Part shown: positions 56,408-64,000 of the stretch, in pieces
Numbering within the stretch: the stretch's first letter is position 1
How the letters are laid out: each line of letters begins with the position of its first letter
DNA from: Candidatus Limnocylindrales bacterium
GTDB lineage: Bacteria > Patescibacteriota > Microgenomatia > Levybacterales > UBA12049
NCBI GenBank assembly: GCA_035526025.1
Contig: DATLDE010000018.1
Span: forward strand, 11,292 to 75,291
Reading direction: 5' to 3'
Length of the DNA stretch: 64,000 bases
Notes under the pieces: model-generated
What the model was told of the DNA's origin: nothing
The model's database searches: none
The model's input: the letters and a program-made list of their open reading frames with translations, nothing else
Program-made: the position numbers and the translations under genes

Positions 56408-56969
56408 CATAGTTAACAACACTCTTTCGAAACAGAAAGTAGAAAAAGTTAGCAAATAATCCAAAAAGGATTGTTAAGATAATCAATTCTGGTTTGGTAA
56501 TAATATTAAAAGTTGAGTACACTATGCTTATTGGGTCAGCAATAATCTCCCATGAATTCACCCTTTCTGTACGCCCTAATGTAATTCCAAATCCAATAAT
56601 AAAATTTAGAACTATTAAATATCTATCAGTTCCTCCATTTTTCTTAACCCAATCCAGAGTATTTAGGAATTTTTCCAGTGGATAAAGTGCCAAAATAGAA
56701 GTTACAAAACCCACAATGATAAGTACTGAATATTGAAAAATAAATACCAATCGCTCAAAAGGACCAACTAAAATCCACTGTCTCATTAAATTAATCAGGT
56801 CTGTAAAAAGATAAATTGAGTTTGGCAAAAAAATTAACCAAAAAAATCCAATAATTGTTTTTAGATATTTGTTTTTGGTGAAAAGAAAAATCCATCCAAG
56901 TACAATCGGAAGAATTGCTAAAAAAATATTAAAACTCATCCACACAAAGTTGTACTGAATTAAATGCAT
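56370..56969 (-). CDS. DUF1361-like polytopic membrane protein
   Basis: WMSFNIFLAILP...LPNSIYLFTD pattern. Confidence 0.45.
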   Translation of the reverse strand: MHLIQYNFVWMSFNIFLAILPIVLGWIFLFTKNKYLKTIIGFFWLIFLPNSIYLFTDLINLMRQWILVGPFERLVFIFQYSVLIIVGFVTSILALYPLEKFLNTLDWVKKNGGTDRYLIVLNFIIGFGITLGRTERVNSWEIIADPISIVYSTFNIITKPELIILTILFGLFANFFYFLFRKSVVNYARNCLIQAGFLK

Positions 56970-57019
56970 TTCTTAATCATAACAAATTTACATAACATAG
57001 TGCTATAATTAATAACTGC

Positions 57020-58183
57020 ATGGTATTAAATGTGCTTTTTAGCTTCATAATCTCCATAACTTTATTAATTTGCATTCCAGGGTATGTGAGTGCTGCTGAG
57101 AGCCCGCTAAATACTTCCAATAACAAAGCTGGTGTGCACATTCTTTTTCCAGATGAGGTGGAAGATGCTGCAAAATTGATCAATAGTAGTGGTGGTGATT
57201 ATGGGTACGTAACTATTGCAATTCAATCCGGTGACAAAGATATTGAAAAATGGCAAAATTTTCTGGATAAATGCAAGAGGTTGCATGTCGTCCCTCTGAT
57301 TAGGATCGCAACTGAAAGTAATCCTTTTAATACTGCAGTATGGAGTAAACCAACAGATTACGATATCATAGATTTTGCAAATTTTTTGGATTCACTTAAT
57401 TGGCCATATAAAAACAGGTATATTATCGTCTATAACGAGGTAAATCGCGGTGATGAATGGGGAGGAAATCTTGATGCTTCCGAGTATGCCCGCATATTGA
57501 GTTTTGCTGTAACTGTTTTCAAATCCAAAAGTCCTGATTTTTTTATAATTTCTGCCGGTCTTGATAACGCATCTCCTGATAAAGCTACTCAGTATATGAA
57601 CCAATATAATTATATGCAGCAAATGAATAGAAGTGTTCCTGGAATTTTCAATCAAGTAGACGGATTATCATCGCATTCGTACCCTAATCCCGGATTTTCA
57701 CAACCCCCGACTGCCAACTCGCCAACTAGCATAAATAGCTTTCAATATGAGAAAGCCTATGTCAAAGCTTTGGGATCAAAAGATCTTCCTATATTTATAA
57801 CTGAAACAGGATGGTCAACTGAGGTTCTATCTGATAACTTGGCAGCGAGTTATTATATAACAGCATTTAACACGACATGGAACGATTCCAATATAGTCGC
57901 TATAACGCCATTTCTTTTACAAGGCAGAGGTGGCCCATTCCAAAAATTTTCATTAATTGGCGATGGGAGCAAATTCACCCAACAATATAATGCGATCAAA
58001 AATCTTAAAAAAGTAAAAGGAAATCCCAAGATTTCCACAAGCGTTCTATCAGCTTCAACAAATACAATTGCTAAAAAAGACAAAGAAATTGTAGATTTCT
58101 CAAAAAGCGATTATGACATGAAAACAGCAACAATCTCTGGCGAATTAAAAACAGTATTTAAGTGGCTTTTAAAAATTGAGTAG
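57020..58183 (+). CDS. secreted glycoside hydrolase, clan GH-A (TIM-barrel)-like
   Basis: Signal peptide. Acid/base NEVN and nucleophile ITETGW motifs. Paralogous to the truncated ORF at the window start. Confidence 0.55.
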   Translation: MVLNVLFSFIISITLLICIPGYVSAAESPLNTSNNKAGVHILFPDEVEDAAKLINSSGGDYGYVTIAIQSGDKDIEKWQNFLDKCKRLHVVPLIRIATESNPFNTAVWSKPTDYDIIDFANFLDSLNWPYKNRYIIVYNEVNRGDEWGGNLDASEYARILSFAVTVFKSKSPDFFIISAGLDNASPDKATQYMNQYNYMQQMNRSVPGIFNQVDGLSSHSYPNPGFSQPPTANSPTSINSFQYEKAYVKALGSKDLPIFITETGWSTEVLSDNLAASYYITAFNTTWNDSNIVAITPFLLQGRGGPFQKFSLIGDGSKFTQQYNAIKNLKKVKGNPKISTSVLSASTNTIAKKDKEIVDFSKSDYDMKTATISGELKTVFKWLLKIE

Positions 58184-58205
58184 ATTATTATGAATAGATA
58201 ATATT

Positions 58206-58583
58206 ATGGAATGGAACGACGCAAAAGACGTAGAAAAAGACTTGATTAAAGTATTGAATATTATTGATTTGCCGTATATTGATAAAAAAAAGATTCATTG
58301 CTACCGTACGACAGGATCCAAAACACGGGCATATGCAAGAACTTGGGCTTTTCCCAAAATTTTTCAACGCGCATTGAGTGTTGAACCTGCATATGTAATA
58401 GAGGTCTTGTCAGATCATTATGACAAACTCGATCATGATGCTAAAATGAAAGTCTTAATTCACGAACTTCTCCATATACCCAAAAACTTTTCTGGGGCAT
58501 TACTTCCACATAAGACTAGAAGCCGTAATCTTCATACTCTCGCAAACCAACTATATAAAGAATATAAAAGTAAAACAAAATGA
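58206..58583 (+). CDS. SprT/WLM-like small HExxH protein
   Basis: VLIHELLHIP (HExxH) in a 125 aa protein. Confidence 0.4.
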   Translation: MEWNDAKDVEKDLIKVLNIIDLPYIDKKKIHCYRTTGSKTRAYARTWAFPKIFQRALSVEPAYVIEVLSDHYDKLDHDAKMKVLIHELLHIPKNFSGALLPHKTRSRNLHTLANQLYKEYKSKTK

Positions 58584-59272
58584 TCACAATAATTCATGGT
58601 ACGGATTCCGCAGCTTCTCGGAAATATTTTTTAGATTTAAAACAAAAATCCAAAGACTCCGTGCTTATAAATGGTCAGACTGTGACTATTACTGATCTTG
58701 TTCAAGCATTTGAGGGAGGTGGATTATTTTCAGAAAGTAAAAGTTTTTTTATTGAACAACTATTATCCAAAAAGAAGAAAAGTCGCGATTTAACTCAATT
58801 AATTGACTACGTGATAAATAACTCATTCGAAAATAATATTTATCTATGGGAAGAAGGTGAATTAACCAAACCTACTCTTAACAATTTCAAAAATCCTATT
58901 ATAAAATTATTCAAATTACCCCAAACACTTTTCCAATTCCTGGAAAACATAAAACCCGGAAAATCAAGAGAGTTAATCTCGTTATTTCATCAAACAATTG
59001 AATCAGCAGATGCAGAGATGGTATTTTTTATGATAGTCCGCCAAGTACGTCTACTTTTGGGACTTTCAGAAATAGTAAGTAACCCGATTGATGAAATAAA
59101 AAGAATGGCACCATGGCAGCATCAAAAGGTGCAGAGCCAAGCTGATGCATTTGAGATACAAGATTTAAAAATACTTTATTCTAAGTTATTTGCAATTGAA
59201 AAAGGAATGAAAACAGGAACACTTACCTCCCCTCTTATAACTACCATTGACTTATTACTTCTTGATATTTAA
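58580..59272 (+). CDS. DNA polymerase III delta subunit-like (HolA-like), short
   Basis: N-terminal MITIIHGTDSAASRKYF resembles the HolA N-terminus. Overlaps upstream stop (operon). Confidence 0.4.
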   Translation: MITIIHGTDSAASRKYFLDLKQKSKDSVLINGQTVTITDLVQAFEGGGLFSESKSFFIEQLLSKKKKSRDLTQLIDYVINNSFENNIYLWEEGELTKPTLNNFKNPIIKLFKLPQTLFQFLENIKPGKSRELISLFHQTIESADAEMVFFMIVRQVRLLLGLSEIVSNPIDEIKRMAPWQHQKVQSQADAFEIQDLKILYSKLFAIEKGMKTGTLTSPLITTIDLLLLDI

Positions 59273-59284
59273 TATAGATTATAA

Positions 59285-61108
59285 ATGATTGACGAAAAAA
59301 TCTCTACCAATCTCTCCAAAGCGCTTCAAGATAAAAAAATAAATAAAAAAGCACATGATGAAATCATAAAGTGGCTAATTGTCGATGAATTCAAGGAATT
59401 CGTTCCCCAACTTACTTCTGAAATAAACAATGCCAACTGGGACAAATTAATGGATTGTTTTTATAGAGTTGTGATATTCGGAACAGGTGGAATCAGAGGA
59501 ATAATGGATCTTGGAACCAACAGAATAAATAATTACACTATCCGATGGGCTTCTCAAGCATACTCACAATATTTGTTAAAAACATATACAGACGTAAAAG
59601 AGAAAGGAGTTGCCTTAGCATATGATAGTCGAAATCATTCTGAGGAATTTATGAAAGAAACAGCTCGAGTACTTGCAGCAAATGGGATTCCAGTACATAC
59701 TTTCAGCTATTATAGAGCAACACCTGAATTATCTTTCACAGTTCGTGAGCTTGGGTGCAAAGGAGGGATTGTTATAACAGCGAGTCATAATCCTCCACAA
59801 TTTAATGGCTATAAGGTATATGACGAGAACGGTGTTCAGGTTCTGCCAGACATGGGTATAGAGATAGAAAATGAATTTAAAACAATTAAAGAAATTAAAA
59901 AAATGAATTTTGATGATGCAGTCAAAAATGGATTTATTAAATATATCGGAGAAGAGATTGATAAAAAATTTGCAGAATCTGCAAAAGCTGCATCAATATA
60001 TAACGAGCGAAATATAAAAATTGTTTATTCCCCAATGCATGGTGTGGGCTCACAATCAGTTCTTCCCGTTTTGAAAGAGCTGGGATTTAAAGATATCGTG
60101 CTTGTTGAAGACCAGATGAGCATGGACGGTAATTTTCCAAATGTTGAGGGACAATTCCCAAATCCCGAATTCCCAATTGTATACATAAAAGCTATTGAAT
60201 TAGCAAAAAAAGTAAGCGCAGACATTGTTTTGCTATCTGATCCGGATGCAGATAGATTGGGAATGGCTATACCTGATAAAGTTGGTAATTGGACTCCACT
60301 AAATGGCAATCAGGGTGCTGTAATAATGACATATTTCATACTTGATACTCTATCAAAAAATAAATTACTGCCAAAAAACCCTGTTATGGTAAAAACATCA
60401 GTCACAACTGATCTATTTAGAGATATAGCAGAAAGTTTTGGAGTAGAGGTAATTGGTGATCTATTAGTTGGATTTAAATTTATAGGCGACAGGATTCAAA
60501 ACTTGCCTGCTGACAAAAACTTCATTTTTGCAGCAGAAGAAAGTGTCGGCTATCTTTCAGGCACGGCATATCGGGATAAAGGAGCTGAAACCCCGGCTGT
60601 GATAGCGGCTGAAATGGCTGCATATTGTAAAAACAACAATTTAGCCCCGATGGATCTTCTTGAAAATATCTATAAAAAATACGGTTATTATGCAGAAAGA
60701 CTCTACTATAAAGCTATTGAGGGATTTGGAGCATTTGAACAGATGAATATGTCCATGGAAAAATTACGAGAAAAACTCCCAACTGAAATAGCTGGGCGAA
60801 AAGTAATAAAAGTACTGGATAGGCTAACTGGTGAAATAAGAAACGGACAAACTGGTAAACTTATAGAAACCCGTGAGTGGGACAAGGGCGATATGCTTTC
60901 ATTCTTCTTTACTGAGGACGAGCGAACCGTTGTCCACGCAAGACCATCAGGCACAGAAGCAAAAATGAAATACTATACAGCGGTTAAGGGAATGCTAACT
61001 GAAAAATCAAAAGATGAATTAAATTTAGAAGCTGAAAAGATTGAAGTCGCCATGGCTCAAATATTTGAAAATATTTTAAAATCTATAAAAATTGATGTCT
61101 TCAAATAA
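59285..61108 (+). CDS. phosphoglucomutase/phosphomannomutase family protein
   Basis: Active-site TASHNP (GGIVITASHNPPQFNGYKV), metal-binding DPDADR, and a sugar-binding loop. Confidence 0.85.
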   Translation: MIDEKISTNLSKALQDKKINKKAHDEIIKWLIVDEFKEFVPQLTSEINNANWDKLMDCFYRVVIFGTGGIRGIMDLGTNRINNYTIRWASQAYSQYLLKTYTDVKEKGVALAYDSRNHSEEFMKETARVLAANGIPVHTFSYYRATPELSFTVRELGCKGGIVITASHNPPQFNGYKVYDENGVQVLPDMGIEIENEFKTIKEIKKMNFDDAVKNGFIKYIGEEIDKKFAESAKAASIYNERNIKIVYSPMHGVGSQSVLPVLKELGFKDIVLVEDQMSMDGNFPNVEGQFPNPEFPIVYIKAIELAKKVSADIVLLSDPDADRLGMAIPDKVGNWTPLNGNQGAVIMTYFILDTLSKNKLLPKNPVMVKTSVTTDLFRDIAESFGVEVIGDLLVGFKFIGDRIQNLPADKNFIFAAEESVGYLSGTAYRDKGAETPAVIAAEMAAYCKNNNLAPMDLLENIYKKYGYYAERLYYKAIEGFGAFEQMNMSMEKLREKLPTEIAGRKVIKVLDRLTGEIRNGQTGKLIETREWDKGDMLSFFFTEDERTVVHARPSGTEAKMKYYTAVKGMLTEKSKDELNLEAEKIEVAMAQIFENILKSIKIDVFK

Positions 61109-61880
61109 AAACTCTGACTACCAATCTCGTGAACTGAAAACTGCGATTAAAGCCGCAAAAATTGGTGCGGCAAAAGCAAAAAAGTACTTTGACAACAAAA
61201 CTGATCTTAACCAGAAAACGAAATTAGATAATACTCCGGTAACAATTGCCGATCCCGCAACAGAAGAGGTTATTAAGAAATTTATTCTTTCAAAGTTTCC
61301 TAATGCAAATATCATTGGTGAGGAGACAGGTGGATCAATGACAAATGAAACATTTTGGGTGATCGACCCAATTGATGGAACCAGAAGCTTTATCCGTGGA
61401 ATTCCAACATGGGGAGTACTGATTGCTTTTTGTAAAAATAATCAGTTTCAAATTGGAGTGTGCTATTTCCCCCTTCTTGATGTGATGATTTGGGCCGAAA
61501 CCGGGCAGGGAGCATTTCTAAATGGTAAAAAAATAAATGTATCAAAAGTTAAAAATTTAAATAAAGCTTATGTATCAACAGGTAATATAAAGCATTTTGA
61601 AAAAAAACAAGTGATTTTTGATCTAGCTGATGCGAGTTACGTTTTAAGATGTCCAGAAGCTACCTATGCAACTTACTTAGTTGTATGCGGCAAAACAGAT
61701 GCACTTGTTGACGTAAAAGCATCCCTATGGGATTATGCACCATTTATAACGATTGCAAAAGAAGCTGGTGGCAAGATATCCAATACAAAAGGCGACCCAT
61801 TAAAGCTTACAGACAAAGGATATGTAGTCACAAATGGATTATTGCACGATGATGTGATAAAGATTGTAAATAAATACTAA
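61092..61880 (+). CDS. inositol monophosphatase family protein (IMPase/SuhB/HisN-like)
   Basis: GEE motif IGEETGG, WVIDPIDGTRSF, and a C-terminal WDYA motif. Confidence 0.85.
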   Translation: MMSSNKNSDYQSRELKTAIKAAKIGAAKAKKYFDNKTDLNQKTKLDNTPVTIADPATEEVIKKFILSKFPNANIIGEETGGSMTNETFWVIDPIDGTRSFIRGIPTWGVLIAFCKNNQFQIGVCYFPLLDVMIWAETGQGAFLNGKKINVSKVKNLNKAYVSTGNIKHFEKKQVIFDLADASYVLRCPEATYATYLVVCGKTDALVDVKASLWDYAPFITIAKEAGGKISNTKGDPLKLTDKGYVVTNGLLHDDVIKIVNKY

Positions 61881-61899
61881 ATAGTGGTATTATTACAGT

Positions 61900-62928
61900 A
61901 TGAATAACTCAAAAGATCCATCAGATCTACGTAAAGTTCTTCTTGAAAGCCCGGACCAATTTAAAGTTGGCTTTGATCTCGCAAAAAACATAAAAATAGA
62001 CGGAGAATTCGATAAGATAATGATTTCAGGAATGGGTGGGTCAGCACTTCCTGGTAATCTTCTAAGAATTTATCTACAAGACTTACATAGACAAAAAAAA
62101 TCCAAACCGACAGCGATATTCCAAAATAGATTTTACTCACTTCCACATGAATCATATGACAAATGCCTTAACATAATTTCCTCATTCTCCGGAACAACTG
62201 AGGAAGCCATCTCATCTTTTAAAGAGGCGCTTGAAAACAAATTACCTTGCATTGGCATATCAAGCGGTGGGGATATTGAAAAAATGTGTCATGAAAATAA
62301 TATCCCACACGTCAAACTCCCAGTTCCCTACCCAAATTTTCAACCCAGAACTGCAACAGGTTATTTCTTTGCTTCAATTCTTCAAATTCTCATAAATCAA
62401 AACCTCGCACCTGATGTAACTGAAGAAATTCTAAATATGAGCGGCAAACTAAAACAAGAATTACCCAACATTGAATCAGCTGGAAAAGAACTTGCTAAAA
62501 AAATCGTAGGTAAGACTCCTGTAATATACGCATCTGCCAAATACAAGGGAGTTGCAATGGTCTGGAAAATAAAATTCAACGAACATTCTAAGACTCCCGC
62601 CTTCTGGAACTTCTTTCCTGAATTAAATCATAATGAAATGATTGGATACACCAATCCCCAAAGCAAATTCTTTATTCTCATGCTTAGAGACCCACAGGAC
62701 AATCCCAAAAATCTCAATCGTTTTGAAGCAACTTCAGGTCTGTTGAGGGACAAAGGAATAGATGTACAGATTATTGATTTTCAAGGAGATGATGTGTTCT
62801 ACAAAATCTTTCACTCCCTCATACTAGGAGATTTCTCAGCCTATTACCTTGCCCTTGAATACGGACAGGACCCAACACCCGTTGACATGGTCGAACAACT
62901 CAAATCCATCTTGGCCGAAATGAAATAA
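61900..62928 (+). CDS. bifunctional phosphoglucose/phosphomannose isomerase (archaeal-type PGI/PMI, SIS domain)
   Basis: ISGMGGSALPGNLL SIS motif. About 340 aa with the family-typical layout. Confidence 0.6.
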   Translation: MNNSKDPSDLRKVLLESPDQFKVGFDLAKNIKIDGEFDKIMISGMGGSALPGNLLRIYLQDLHRQKKSKPTAIFQNRFYSLPHESYDKCLNIISSFSGTTEEAISSFKEALENKLPCIGISSGGDIEKMCHENNIPHVKLPVPYPNFQPRTATGYFFASILQILINQNLAPDVTEEILNMSGKLKQELPNIESAGKELAKKIVGKTPVIYASAKYKGVAMVWKIKFNEHSKTPAFWNFFPELNHNEMIGYTNPQSKFFILMLRDPQDNPKNLNRFEATSGLLRDKGIDVQIIDFQGDDVFYKIFHSLILGDFSAYYLALEYGQDPTPVDMVEQLKSILAEMK

Positions 62929-64000
62929 TTATTTTTGCTGATCGTGGGGAACTATTACATTTACTGACTCGCTCGCTTTATTTCCTGCCATATCTTCAGT
63001 TGATGCTTCAACGCTATAAATTCTGCCATTTTTATCATCACCATTTCTTTTTGCCTGAAGCTTTATCGTTTGGTTAAAACTTGTCAAAACAGGCTCTACC
63101 AAATTATATTCATCAGTAACTTTAAATTTGGTGTTATATGGATTTACTTCCGCAACATCTCCTGAGATCCTTACATCAACCATTTTTCCGTTTGGTGGCC
63201 AAATGTATTGTGGGGTTGCACCAATAGAAATTGCAGGTGGTGTTTTATCAATTTTTATGATCATGCTCCTGGCCTCTTCTTTATTACCGGCAATATCTTC
63301 AGAGTAATACAATAATTTATATTCACCTTCTTCATTAAAAATAAGTGGTTCCAAATATTCAGAGTAATTTACACCATTGTCGATGGAATAATAAGAAGTT
63401 TTGTAACCTGATCCTTCATCATTACCAGTTAACGATATCTCAACATTGCTCCTGTACCAATTTTCCCGGCCTCTTAATCCTGAGGTGTAGACAATTGTAC
63501 TCGGAGATATTTTGTCTATCTTAATAGAAAGTTTTTTTGCTATCTCTACATTTCCAGCTTTGTCTACAGATCGGTATAATATTTCTGTTTTACCTTCCTT
63601 GCTGATCTTAATTTGCCCAGTGTAAGCCTGATATTCCTCACTGTCACCCAAAGCATACTCTGATCTTGAAACACCAGATCTATCGTCATGTGAAACTAAA
63701 AACACTTCTACGTCCGATACATACCATCCATTCTCTCCTTTTGTACCGGCTGTCCCAGCTGAGGTGCTTGGCGAAGTTTTATCAATACTAAATTTCTTGG
63801 TTTTTCTGTCTTCGTTATTATTTGCCTTATCAAATGATTGATAACTAATCTGATGATTTCCTTCTTCCTCAACATTTATTGGCACCAAATACTCAGACCA
63901 TTCATTATCGTCAAAAGAATTTAGCACATACTGCATGCCAAGACCTCCATCGTTGTCCATTCCGTTTAATTCTATCGCGACTGTTGATCTGTACCATTCA
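62929..64000 (-). CDS. secreted tandem Ig-like/beta-sandwich repeat protein, 5'-truncated at the window end
   Basis: Repeats DKxSPST...G.NGWY..DVEV.L...D..SGV..S.Y. The ORF runs off the 3' edge of the window, so the N-terminus is missing. Confidence 0.5.
   Translation of the reverse strand, partial: EWYRSTVAIELNGMDNDGGLGMQYVLNSFDDNEWSEYLVPINVEEEGNHQISYQSFDKANNNEDRKTKKFSIDKTSPSTSAGTAGTKGENGWYVSDVEVFLVSHDDRSGVSRSEYALGDSEEYQAYTGQIKISKEGKTEILYRSVDKAGNVEIAKKLSIKIDKISPSTIVYTSGLRGRENWYRSNVEISLTGNDEGSGYKTSYYSIDNGVNYSEYLEPLIFNEEGEYKLLYYSEDIAGNKEEARSMIIKIDKTPPAISIGATPQYIWPPNGKMVDVRISGDVAEVNPYNTKFKVTDEYNLVEPVLTSFNQTIKLQAKRNGDDKNGRIYSVEASTEDMAGNKASESVNVIVPHDQQK

Overview
This 64 kb window is visibly AT-rich bacterial chromosome with a few GC-richer patches. 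Nearly all protein genes are densely packed and most are short. Nine tRNA genes are scattered through it: Pro-TGG, Leu-TAA, Gly-TCC, Arg-TCT, His-GTG with an encoded G-1, Arg-TCG, Lys-CTT, Lys-TTT and Glu-TTC. I found no rRNA, CRISPR array, transposase or integrase. The gene content suggests a reduced-genome, Patescibacteria/CPR-like organism, which is inference only: archaeal/eukaryal-type enzymes (a PPAT-like domain fused to DUF359, a bifunctional PGI/PMI, an ER-type signal peptidase, a monofunctional riboflavin kinase), many secreted or cell-surface proteins, and a compact UvrC. Confident housekeeping calls are UvrA, UvrC, DinB, HflX, SecG, two FKBP PPIases, two AI-2E transporters, an ABC exporter, rhomboid, DacA-like carboxypeptidase, GDPD, PGM/PMM, IMPase, and an alpha/beta hydrolase. 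The most interesting structure is a cell-surface biogenesis neighbourhood at 0.7-5.2 kb. It holds a sortase next to a substrate with an LASTG sorting signal (class E sortases use LAxTG), an ER-type (SipW-like, S26B) signal peptidase, a protein with a TasA/camelysin-like N-terminus, small N/S/T-rich secreted proteins and an RTX-repeat protein. The peptidase's C-terminal extension carries the same ALLSD...N.F motif as its putative substrate. Each gene in this cluster is preceded by a GC-rich hairpin next to its ribosome-binding site. Other points of interest are listed below. A GC-richer 1.7 kb segment lies between tRNA-Arg and tRNA-Lys, with three unknown minus-strand ORFs, two of them in one frame split by in-frame stops. 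A second sortase-type substrate (LARTG) sits beside it. A tRNA-adjacent operon encodes two methyltransferases, a long QueC-like PP-loop ATPase and an ICMT-like membrane methyltransferase, abutting a KMO-like flavin monooxygenase. An ATP-cone domain is fused to a PD-(D/E)xK nuclease. Two proteins carry dockerin-like modules. There is a candidate structured 5' leader upstream of a YflT-like stress protein. All functional calls rest on motif recognition by eye; no database search was possible.
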